Below, piece by piece: positions 38,359 through 49,730 of a stretch of 64,000 nucleotides of DNA; position 1 is the first letter of the stretch; the number at the start of each line of letters is the position of its first letter. Both the position numbers and the translations under genes were made by a program. The notes below the pieces were generated by a model. That model did no database searches and was not told where the DNA came from. It was given only the letters and a program-made list of their open reading frames with translations. This DNA is from Camelus dromedarius (taxonomy: Eukaryota): contig NC_087436.1 of NCBI RefSeq assembly GCF_036321535.1, positions 85,314,001 to 85,378,000 on the forward strand, written 5' to 3'.

Positions 38359-38958
38359 TTAAAAAAATTCTTATTTTTCACTGAAGTGTAGTTGATTTAC
38401 AATGTTAATTTCATGTGTACAGCAAAGTGATTCAGTTATGTGTATATATATATATATATACATACGTATTTCTTCAGATTCTTTTCCATTACTGCTAATT
38501 ACAAGAAATTGAATATACTTCCCTGTGCTCTACATTAGGTCCCTGTTGTTTAAATATTCTACATACAGTAATGTGTATCAATTAATCCCAAACTCCTAAT
38601 TCATCCCTCCTCCCTCCTTTCCCCCTGATAACCACAGTTTGTTTTCTATGTCCATGAGTCTATTTCTGGTTTGTAAATAAAATTTGTATCTTTTTTTAGA
38701 TTCCATATATAAGTGACATCATATGATATTTGTCTTTCTCTGACTTACTTCGCATAATATGATAATTTCTAGATCCATCCATGTTGCTGCAGATGGCGTT
38801 ATTTTAGTCTTTTTAATGACTGAGTAATATTCCATTGTATATATATCCCACATCTTCATTATCCATTCATCTGTCAATGGAGAAAACTGTAATTCAAAAG
38901 ACATGCACTCAATGTTCACAGCAGTACTATTTACAATAGCCAAGACATGGAAACAACG
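38359..38958 (-). mobile_element. 5'-truncated, 5'-inverted L1 (twin-priming structure)
   Basis: Antisense 3' UTR at 38359-38881, then sense-oriented upstream L1 sequence at 38878-38958. TSD tagttactgaatctt (38344-38358) / tagttactgtatctt (38959-38973). Confidence 0.92.
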
Positions 38959-39789
38959 TAGTTACTGTATCTTGATCTTGTTCCCAAAACCCAGTGCCTT
39001 CCATGTAATCAAGTCCTAGAATTAAACATTAATCTTGTTCCCAGTTATTAAGAGACAAGCTTAGTGGAGGGTGGAACTAGGTACAGAGTGACAGATGTCC
39101 TACTGTGAATGTATTTGGCAAACCTGGTTTCCTAGTATTAAGTGTGAACTTTGAAATGTTAAAATACTTATGAAACATAATTAATAAAGGAAGCACTTGC
39201 TTAAAGTGAACTTTGGGAATAAGTGGGGGACATATGCTGCCACTTAACTAGTTATCCCTATGGATAGGCACTGTTTAATCTTCAGCCAGAACAAAAATGA
39301 AGTGTTTATGAGCTGATCTATTAAAGTTTTAAGTGTGCTTCATTCACAGTGAAATCTTAAAAGTCTGAAGAGTTATTGTTGGCTGGAGTTATATGGGGTA
39401 GAGTCCTCATGGTGCAGCAGAAACTCTGGGAGTAAAGTGATGAGTTAGGGTGCTAGCCTGGCCTTGCTCTCAAGTCGCAACAAGACTTTGGGCTCCCTCA
39501 CATTATCTGTTAAACGAGTAGATTTCTTAAATGGTTGATTCTCTGTTCATCTGTAGTATGTGCAAGGTCAGAATTCACATAGCAGAATATCCATATAAGG
39601 AAGTATGTTTTCAGAATATACCTACGATTTGATTGATGTGAGTCGAAAGGTATACTTACCTGGTGACATTCACATCACCTGCTTACATCAAATAGAGTCT
39701 CAAAACACAGCTTGGTCTTCTGGATTAAGTTTCGTCCTTTGAAGCCAGGACACCAACTTACTCATCCTGCCTCTGAGCTTCTACCATGG

Positions 39790-40315
39790 GGCCAAAGTGA
39801 ACATCTCAGTTGTTTTACTGTCTCAGCATCCATGCCTCGTTTGGTAACAGTCTTATGATTTCCTTTGGGGACAGTGTCCTTTCCTCTCAGTCCATTTCCA
39901 GTGGAGGTTGTATGACCTGGGATTGGCCGATCAGAGCTTCACGCTCCTCAGGCTGTGGTGAGTGGTTCAGGGACCGGCACATGATTCAGTCAGAACCAAC
40001 TGGACTCAATCCTTTAAAAATAAAAAAACTGTTGGAAGCCAGCAGTTGGAGTTTTGGGGGACATTGGATATAAGTCTGGAGTCGTTGACAGCCACTGTGA
40101 CACAATCAGGAAAGCCTGACTGATAATGGAGTGATCATGAAGAAAAGTAGGCTGAAGTTTTGTGAGATACCAAGTTCTGAAGGTCTGGAATGATCCAGCC
40201 ATGTGTGAAGTCAGTTACTCATAGACTTCAGTTTTGTGAATTCCTGAATTTTCTTTCTTGCTGATGCAATTTGAACTGGATGTTGTTTTTTGCAATGGAT
40301 GGAGTCTTGATATAA
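39790..40315 (+). mobile_element. Old MLT1 (J/K/L-like) MaLR LTR
   Basis: 'gtggttcagggaccggcacatga' and 'gatccagccatgtgtgaagtcag...gacttcagtt'. Confidence 0.7.
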
Positions 40316-40565
40316 AGGCATTTATCTTCCCCACTTTAGCTGACTAAGCAATAAAAATGCAGTCCTCTAAATGCTAAGTCCCCCGAGAGCAGGAATACTG
40401 CCTGCTTTCCCTTCCCTGAGATCAGTGCCTGGCCCACAGCAGGTGCTCAACAAATATTTCTTACAATAATTATAGTGGCGAGGCCCATGAACCAGTTCTG
40501 TTTAAAAAATACCCCTTTTTCTTATTATGGTAGTAAATGTTTGTTATATAGGACAATTTAAAAAA

Positions 40566-40700
40566 ATTTTTTCTTAATTTGTTTTTGCTTTTGGCGGGGA
40601 GGTAATTAGGCTATTTATTTTTAGAGGAGGTACTGGGGATTGATCCCAGGACCTCATGCATACTGAACACACACTCTACCACTTGAGCTGTACTCTCCCC
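40566..40700 (-). mobile_element. Camelid tRNA-derived SINE inserted in an old L1ME-like fragment (~40500-41350)
   Basis: 'ggggaggtaattagg...ggaggtactggggattgatcccaggacctcatgcat...ctctaccacttgagctgtactctcccc'. Confidence 0.88.
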
Positions 40701-41553
40701 TCATAGAAACTTTATGAGAAAAGATAAAAAGAAATAACTATCACCCAGTACCTTACCCTTCACAGATAAGCATGGTTAACTTTAACCATGGTATATGGTA
40801 TAGTTGAATTTCAATTATATATCATATATTTTTCAAAATGATACTGTATTTCATGTATTGTTTTGCTCACGAATTTCCCACTTAGTGTATAGCAAACCAG
40901 TTTCCAAGCCACCACATAATGTTTTGCAGCACACTTTTAAATGGTTACATAGTAGTTCATTGCATGGATAAACCAAAAGTTAAGAAATCCTCAGTTAAGG
41001 ACTTTTGAGTTACTTCCAATTTCAGTAATATAAACAAACAATATTTACAAGTATCAATGACATTTCCTAGACACAGAATTATTGAGCCAAATAGCATGAA
41101 CAATTTCAGGACTTTTGATACATTTTGCCAGATGGCTCTGCACTCTTACCCGAGTATTAAAAAGTTTTTTAAAGCTTTGAAAAATCAATGGATAAAAATA
41201 TTTTAAAATTTATTTTGCTTTGTTGTTAGTGAGGTTTATATTTAAAAAAAAATTGTGTAAGTCACTGATATTTCTCCTTTTGTGAATTCTAGAACAGGTC
41301 TTCATTTAATCATCTGTTTCTTAATCCGTTTATTGTGTTTTGTGTCTGAAGATGCTCCCCCAGGCCTGTGGCTTCCAGAATGCCTGTTCTCCCAGCAGGG
41401 AGTGGGAACTTGGCCCTTCCATGTTAGCCTTTCAGAAAACCAGTCACTGTGGACTTTGTCCTTTAGTTCCATGAACTGTGAAAACATTTTGGGTCCCACT
41501 GCCAAACCTATTTGAGATGCTCGTACTGACAGTTCTGCTTGATTTAATCACTT

Positions 41554-41694
41554 TAGTTTTTTTTTTTTTTTTTTTTTATGGGAGGAGGTAATGAAGTTTT
41601 TATCTATTTATTTTTTGATGGAGGTACTGGGGAGTGAATCCAGGACCTCGTGCATGCTAAGTACGCGCTCTGCCACTGAGCAATACCCTCCCCA
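41554..41694 (-). mobile_element. Camelid tRNA-Ala-derived SINE (vic-1 type)
   Basis: tRNA-like head and poly(T). TSD cttgatttaatcactt (41538-41553) / cttgacttagtcactt (41695-41710). Confidence 0.92.
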
Positions 41695-41759
41695 CTTGAC
41701 TTAGTCACTTCCCCTTTGCTTATTCCAGATGATCAGTGTCAGCAGCATCATCAGATGTT

Positions 41760-42330
41760 TCTATGTCCCTAGTTGGAACCATCATCCCCTTTCATCAGAT
41801 TATTGCAGTAGTCTCCCAAATGGTCTTTCTTCCTCCTTTTCTCCCCTGGTCTAATCTCTCCTCTGCCTTCTCACCTGGAAAATAAACAGTCAACCTATCA
41901 AAAAATCATAGCTTGGATCGCTTTCCTGTGCATGAACCTTCAACGACTCCGTATTGCTGCCTGAGAACAGCCAGGGCTTCTTGTGCTCAAGGCTTGTCGT
42001 GCTGAAGGCCTTTCGTGATGTTCACGGTCCCCGTTCACCTTTCCATTCTCACTCTGCATTACTCTCATAACTCACGGACCTTGCCCATCTGCCATCTGAA
42101 CTGTCTCTATGCCTTTATTCACATTGCTCTCTTCTCCTTGAATGCCCTTCACTCCCACCTGTCTTGTCAAAATCCTTGAAGATGCAGTCCATATGTGCCC
42201 CCACCCCCGCCATGAAGTCATCTCCACTCCTCCAGCCAGGAAAGTCTCTCCCTCCTCTGTGCATCAGACAGATACTACATATAAATCTTGGGGAACTTAC
42301 CTCCCCCTGCTGCCTCTTACTGTTCTGTTT
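41760..42330 (+). mobile_element. L2 fragment (degraded)
   Basis: 'gattattgcagtagtctcccaaatggtct' and 'tcacattgctctcttctccttgaatgcccttc'. Confidence 0.65.
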
Positions 42331-43928
42331 ATAGATGACTTGCCTTCCTTAATGAGAAGAGAGCACTCATCTAAATACATAACTATAGCTCTGAAAGGTT
42401 TTGGGGGAATTTCAGTCAAAAGACTTAGGAGGCCTCTGTGTTTCCCCCTTACATTGCAGGTCTTGTCCCCGGCATTTCCTGCCCCTGTATGTCAGCATCC
42501 CTCATGACCTAGTAACTTGATTGTTTCTGTAGCACTGACCACCCTGATTTTAATCCTGAAATTTGCATGGGGTTTTCTGAAATGCACTTCAGGATTCCAC
42601 TTTGTTTTTCTCCTGTGTTTTGAAAGAAGAGAGGCAGGGAGTTGGTAAACACAGCCTGAAGAGCTTCCCCAAACAGGCAGCTAGATATTTTGATCATGAG
42701 TTCTGTTCAGCGTCTTCCTTTCTGCTGCCTCATGAAAGTCTGTTTTCCAGGCCTGTTTTCCAAATGGAGGAAGCAGGAGTGGCCACTCCCCCATAATCAG
42801 GGAGACATAGAGCTGTTTAATAAGGTGTTCGGTTTCTTGTAAATTTAATTACTTACGGTAAAATTCTACAATCTAGAACAAGAGTTACTCTTTCCCTTTT
42901 ACACTCAGATTGGGTTCACTGGGCAGAAGGCCTAAGCTGCTTATCCGTGGGGCCATATGGTTGAGAAGCCACTGACCGTCCGGATCTTAATGTGATCATG
43001 ATCTCACTTGGCACTGTCCTGTTGGAAATCCTCTCTTATGTCACACCGATTTTAAGATTGCTAAAACAAATACTCCTGCAAGCACCACACTGTGTTGACA
43101 CATTAAGGGAGTTACAGGCATACCATTTCTCCAACCTTCCCCTCCACCCTCTTTTTGCTCACCAAGGCTGCAAAACAAGACATGGTGAGTGGTTCAAAGC
43201 AAACTTAATTCCGCTCATGGCTTCTAATACATTCGGTTCTAGCGAAGGAAGACTTGGCTTAAGATCCAAGTCCTTGTCTCGCCAGGGAGTCACCAGAGGC
43301 CACAGGGAGTGGGCTTAGCTGCCAAGCGGAATTTCCACAGGCCACCAGCCCTCACCAGGGAATCTCCGTCAGCTTCTGCTACCTGCCGCCCACCCCTCCT
43401 GGTCGTCTCCGTGCCCTTCACCGCCTTCCTGACTCCTTCATTTCTGTCCAGCGTTTCCCCTGGTGGGGGGCAGCTGTGTTGGTGCCTGGCACTGGGATCC
43501 TGACCTGTCAAGGAAAACCCTGAGCCCTCCACACAGAACCTCTTGGTCTGAGAGTCACTGCCAACTGGGCTTCAGACCCAGGCAGAAGCTGGGGCAAGAG
43601 TTTATTAAGCATGCACATCTCATGTGCTGGGCACTGAGCAGATTGGGCCAGTGGTAACCATAGTACAAGGTGGAGGCAAAGGAGGAGAAAACAGCCTTAC
43701 TTCATTTAATATTTAAGGAGCCGTAAGAATGAGCCACCATCTTCACCAGGGGATGCCTTTCCCTCATTTTGAGCAAAATGTATATTGTCAGTTAAGCTCA
43801 CTGATTTGCTCTCTCTCCTCTGAAAGGGCTGAGCCACATGTTGCATCATAAACTCCCGCTGTCTCACTCCATTGCTAAGGAACTGCTGATGGTTCACTGA
43901 CTACATCATGTCCTTCACTTATTCACTC

Positions 43929-44133
43929 TTTTTTTTTAATTGAAGTATAGTTGATATAGAATGTTGTGTTAGTTTCTGGTGTACAGCATAGTGATTCAGT
44001 CATACATACATATATATTCTTTTTCGTTATAGAGTATTACAAGGTATTGAATATAGTTCCCTGTGCTATATTGTAGGACCTTGTTGTTTATCTGTTTCTT
44101 ATATAGTAGTTTGTATCTGCTAATCCCGAACTT
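43929..44133 (-). mobile_element. Short L1 3' end inserted at the tail of an antisense L2 (~44135-44830)
   Basis: 'ttttttaattgaagtatagttgatatagaatgttgtgttagtttctggtgtacagc'. L2-like sequence resumes after it. Confidence 0.85.
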
Positions 44134-44949
44134 CTAAAACATTTTTATCAGTCTCTGTTCTGCGCAAGACCCTGGGCTCCCCACTGTGAAGGAAACAAAT
44201 ATAAATAATAAATTCCCGACGCCCGCTTTTAAGGAGCTTCCACTAGTAGCAAGGAAAGACAACCATTCTACAACCATTAGAGAAATACACAGAAGATAAG
44301 TATGTATTAGTGATGTATGATACAGTGTGACCCCAGAAAAGGAATAATTGATTCTACTTGGGGATCTCAGTGGTGGTGGTACAGAGAGGTGAAACTGAGT
44401 CTTAGAGGATGAGTTGGATTTTGGTAGATGAATAGAGAAGGGCAATTTAGGTTGAAGAAAAGGAATGAACATGACACCGAGTCTTGAAAATGCAACATGT
44501 TCAGCTGATGGTCAGTGGAGCTTAGAATATGAGGCAGGTAGATAGAGTTAAGGTGTTGAGGTGGGAAAAGAAGGCTGGTGTTGGACTTTGGAAAGTCTTG
44601 AATATTATACCAAGGACACTGTTACTTTATTCTGCAGGTAAGAGAGAGCCATTAAAGTTTGCTGAGGAGGACAGCGACCTGAACTCCGTTGTGCTTTTTC
44701 TGGCAGCGGTGTAAAGGATGAGTCGAAGCGAAGAAGTCGTGGGCAGAGAAGCCAGGTAAGGAGCTTATCCAAACAGGAGATAAGAAGAGCCTAAATGAGG
44801 ACAATAAAAGGGACTCAAGGCTATTTTATCAACCTAACCTATCTACTCAGTTCTTTCCTTCAGTTTAAAAAAAGTTGATTTCAGAAACACTTGCAGAATG
44901 AGGGTAATAATTAAATTTTTTAGAGAGACAGACAGAGGGAATTTATAAA

Positions 44950-45103
44950 CTCTATGTTAGACTGTGACTATCAAGAGTGATAGCCTCTAATGAAAAAGAA
45001 TACGGAAACAAATGTATGTACATATGTGCGCGACTGGGACATTATGCTGTGCACCAGGGATTGACACATTGTCACTGACTATACTTCAATTTAAAAAAAA
45101 AGA
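44950..45103 (+). mobile_element. Short L1 3' end
   Basis: 'cattatgctgtgcaccagggattgacacattgtcactgactatacttcaatttaaaaaaaaa'. Confidence 0.8.
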
Positions 45104-46619
45104 AGCATTTATTGAATCCGTAGAGTTTGCAGGTCTGCCTGGGGGATACATGGAAGGAAAAAGACTTAAGAAGCCACAGTTCATTTAGAAGAACCAGGCA
45201 TAGTCTCAGAGGAGAATAACCAAGCATGTGAAGCACACATACATACAAGTAGTTAGGGGTTTAGATAATAAAATGCACTAGCAGGACTGTTTTCCTCCAA
45301 CTGTTTTTTGTAAGAAGAGTTCTGTTAGCTTTATTCATCCTGATGGCATCAATGGCTCACGGCAGGAAGCCAAAGGCAGGAGAGGAGTTTGGATATTTTC
45401 TGGGATCCTTGATTGGAAAGTGAGAGTTTGCCATATCGAAAGCCTTAAGGCTTTGTTTGTTGTTATGAAAAAACTGAATATAGACACTTTTTAGTAATAT
45501 ATAATCTATTCAGTGAAATTCAACTCATGATGTAGCTATTACGTACAAGCCACTGTTCTAGAGGACAAAAATGAACAAGGAGTGATCTTGTCTTTGTCTC
45601 CATGTGGAAGAGCTGAGGCGTGTTCTCCCACAACTGTATTTGATTCAAAACCTTCTCATTGACATCCTGCTGATTAGATAAAGATGTGAGTGAGGGTCAG
45701 ATGACAACATAGAGGGTTATTTCTTTGTCTTTTTTTTTTTTTCTTGATGTTGTAAGACTTGTCTGAATTTTTGTTCTGGTCACTCTGAAAAGTTTATTTA
45801 GTCACTGTTTATTTTCCTCCTCTGAAACATAGGAGTCATAATTACAAATGTGAAAGTGCTTAGTTCCAGGCCCAGGTACTTAATTAGTTTTCTTTCCTTT
45901 CCCTGTTGGATCTGATTCCTCAGCATCGGACCTTCACCTGTTTCTCAGATGAATTTATTATTTTTTCCATGGTCATTTCGTTTTCCCCTTTCCCTCCTTG
46001 GGTCTCTCTTCTCTGACCCTTTCCTCCTTCAGCTGACCAGCTACTTATCCTTTCCCTGGCTTCTTGGTACCAATGTCTGTCCCCTGGGATTCTAACAGGG
46101 AAACGGTTTCCATTTTAAGATGACATTGTGCTTATTACATAAACTTTAACATTTCTGATTCTAAACTTAAACTGGTGAATTTAATGGTTCATACTTATTT
46201 CAAAAAACAAGGAGGTACCTTTTACTTTATTTAGCTTTGTCATTTCTCATTCTCCATGGAGAGGCGACCAAGGGTAGAAGGTCTGATAGAGATAAGATTT
46301 GCCCTGTAAACTTTATAAAAGGATTAGTCTGTGTCTGATTATTGTTTCATGGAATTGGCCAGGCCAGCTTTGACCAAGGTATCTCACTCTTCATTTCTAA
46401 CTGTGCCCAAACCCAGTAGTCACTGGCAGCTGGATTTTAGATCAGCTATTCTGAGCAAAGCCGAGCTCCAAAATAAATTTTGGAAGGTAATCCCGTGAAG
46501 TTGCTTTGCCTCTGTCTTCCAAGTGCCTATGTTCTCTGGTTTGGAGAGGTGAACTCAGTGGATTTAAAGTGAATCTCTGGAAATCTATGTCTGTTTCTCT
46601 TGCTTTACATGGAGGATAG

Positions 46620-46945
46620 TAGCATTTATTTATTTATTCATAACATGTGTCTACTTTGAGCCTGCTCTGTGCCAGGTTCTGTGCGAAGTGCTTTATGTTG
46701 AACCCTGTCTGTCTAACTCCATTTTACAGATGAGAAAACTGAGGCTCAGAGAGAGTAATATTGCCATGAGCAAGTCTCTGAGATCCAGGCCCAACTCTGT
46801 ATGTCTTCCACTCCTCCTCTCGTTTTGAACACTTACCATGTTCTAGCCTCCATGCTAGGTGCATTAGTGCTTAATTTACATTAAATTTCACAACTAGTAG
46901 AAATAAAGATTATTAACCCATTTTACAGGTGAGAACCCTGAAATA
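46620..46945 (-). mobile_element. Two MIR fragments
   Basis: 'ccattttacagatgagaaaactgaggctcagagag' and 'cccattttacaggtgagaaccctga'. Confidence 0.8.
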
Positions 46946-47152
46946 CTAGTTTGAACTTAAGTACTAAAGAGAATAGTTTTGAGATGGAGTGGAAGGTAAG
47001 ATTGGGAAGGCAGATCAGGGACCAAGTTATGGACTTGAATACTAAGTGTAACATACTAAGGCTTCACCAAAGGGGTAACTGTGAACCCTGGAGATTTTTT
47101 GTTTTTATTTTTTCAGCTTTATTCCATATGAGAAATTGTATTCCCCAGACTT

Positions 47153-47783
47153 AAAAAAATTATTTATTTATTTATTTATTTTTAAATCTTTTTTCCCATT
47201 CTTTTTTCTTTTTAACATTTTTAATTTTTTTACTGTATAATTTAGAGCTGTTTTTTCTTAATTTTTTTATTGATTTATAATCATTTTATAATGTTGTGTC
47301 AAATTCCAGTGTAGAGCACAATTTTTCAGTTATACATGAACATATATATATTCATTGTCACATTTTTTTCTCTGTGAGCTACCATAAGATCTTGTGTATA
47401 TTTCCCTGTGCTATACAGTATAATCTTGTTTATCTATTCTGCAATTTTGAAATCCCATCTGTCCCTTCCCACCCTCTGCCCCCTTGGCAACCACAAATTT
47501 GTGTTCTATGGCTATGAGTCTGTTTCTGTTTTGTATTTATGCTTTGTTTGTTTGTTTGTTTTTTTAGATTCAAATCTTTTTTTTTTTAATTGAGGTATAG
47601 TCAGTTTACAATGTTGTGCCAGTTTCTGGTGTACAGCATAATGTTTCAGTCATATGTATACATACACATATTCCTTTTCATGTTCTTTTTCATTATAGGT
47701 TACTACAAGGTGTTGAATATAGTTCCCTGTGCTACACAGAAGAAACTTGTTGTATTCTATTGTACATATAGTAGTTAGTATCT
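47153..47783 (-). mobile_element. Two nested L1 3' ends: a young copy (~47195-47571) inserted in the tail of an older copy (body ~47583-47783)
   Basis: Outer TSD cccagactt (47144-47152 / 47784-47792). Inner TSD aaatctttttt (47184-47194 / 47572-47582). Confidence 0.88.
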
Positions 47784-49464
47784 CCCAGACTTTTAAAGCT
47801 CAAACATTATTAAAAAAATAAGTGAATATATGAGGTTGGCTATTTCTCTGAAAAATTCCAGGTTTTTACAGAAAGGAAACTTGTTAAATTAAAGGCATCA
47901 CCATATTTTAGTATGTATAAAACATTAGAGACATTACTTTGAAAGGGTTTATAAGTGGAATGAATAAGAAGCTGCCTGTATGGACTGATGAAGATTAAAG
48001 TCATAGCAAAAAATAAATTGTCAGGAAAAAGCAAAAGAAATACTGACCTGATATAAAAGGAAAATAAATCTGCTTCACTTAGGGAGGTTTCACTAGAACC
48101 AGGGTCAAGGAGACCTACAAAGTCAGAGTTGAGAAATGATGGAGAAGTCTTATATGATTGGGATTTTCCTCTAATCTAATCTAATTTTCCTCATTAATTG
48201 GACACCACAGTTTCCAGATTCATGGAAGTTTACTTTTGTATCTATGCAAAAAAGGATTGCCAAATAATTTAATAGTCTGAACAAGATGTTATGAAAATAT
48301 TTAGAGTGTTTACAAGTACAAATCATAATTAAGTACTTCCAAGTGTTTCAGAAAAACATTTTGTATACAATTTATATAGTACCAACTAATTATTTTTGTT
48401 ATCTGCTAAAATAGTTTCCTAAGGCCATCTTCTAAGCCTCATTTTAATTAATTTGGGTTTTAGTAGCCATTTGAAGGTACATATATAAAATCTTTAAAAA
48501 TATTCTTAATTAGTACAAAGTAGGTTTTTATTCTTCAAAATATATGTCTACTTTTAGTGTATTATACCAAATAAATCAGGTAGGTTTCAAAAATGCAAGG
48601 TAGATTATATGAGACAAGCACATTCATTTGAATAAATTGGCAGAGCTGTTGCTTAATTTTAGACTTGCTACCTTCTTAATATAACTTGCAATTATTATCT
48701 GTTGATTAGAACTAAGAAACTTACTTTTACTAATGGTATTTACACTGTTTTGGAAGATAAAGGGTCAGAATCTTATTTCATTCAACTTGTTACACACAAT
48801 TACATATTACATATGAAAATAGTTATTTTTAATTTAATGTAAGAACCAGGGAATTATGTGATCCAGGCTGAAAATATCATAAAGGAATGGTGTGGTATGT
48901 GCAGCTGACTTTAATCTTTATTTTTCTCTCTGTAAACCTTATATGTGTAGAGTGGAAAGGGGATCTGAAGCTATTATCCCAAATCAATAAAAGCCCTTCA
49001 TTATGCACTATCTTCAATTATTTTTGTACTTTAGGTAGAAGTTTTTACTTTTTGCCTATAATTTTCAGATACTTATGTAATTTCTCAATTCATGTTCCAT
49101 GGCTATTTACTGCCTTTTTATTTAGAAGCTGTTCTCAGACCAGCTCTGGTATTCTCAAGAGTAAAGAACATGTGTTTTACACACTTTGTATTTCCCTAAA
49201 TGCCTGGTATAGCGTTTTGCACACACTAAAAGCTTAATAAAGGGTTTTTAATGATGGCAATATTAAGGTTGATCGTGATGTTGATGGTGATGGTGGTGAT
49301 ATAGATGACGCTACACTGGGCACATAGCAATCTCAAAATATCAAAAACACAGTGAAGTCCCATTGCAGCATGAAGCCAGCCAGCCAGTAGGCTGTTTTAA
49401 AATGGTTACACCTTAACTATATTTAGAAAGCAAACTCTGGTTTTGGTTTTTTTTTTAATGTTAG

Positions 49465-49730
49465 CATTATAGTGTAAGAGTGAAGACCCTGGAATTGGCC
49501 TGCCTGAGTTAAAATCCTTGCTGCTCTACGTATAACTCTGTAACTTTGTGCAATTTCTTTAATGGCTCTGTGCCTCAGTTTCCTCATCTGTCAAATGGGG
49601 ATACTAATAGTATTTAATTTTAGGGTGGTTATAAGGATGAAATGTTATAAGGCTGAGTATTATATAAAGGAGTTAAAAGAGTGCCTGTTGTATAGTCAAC
49701 ACTTGATAAGTGATGGTTATTGTTATTATA
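49465..49730 (+). mobile_element. MIR SINE, near full length
   Basis: 'ctctgtgcctcagtttcctcatctgtcaaatggggatactaatagta'. Confidence 0.88.

Noticed and set aside
41620..41694. tRNA-Ala(AGC)-like sequence as a tRNA gene (also ~21815-21883 and ~40625-40700)
   Set aside because: Each is followed by the SINE body and poly(A) and has a diverged tRNA head. Two have clear TSDs. These are SINE heads.
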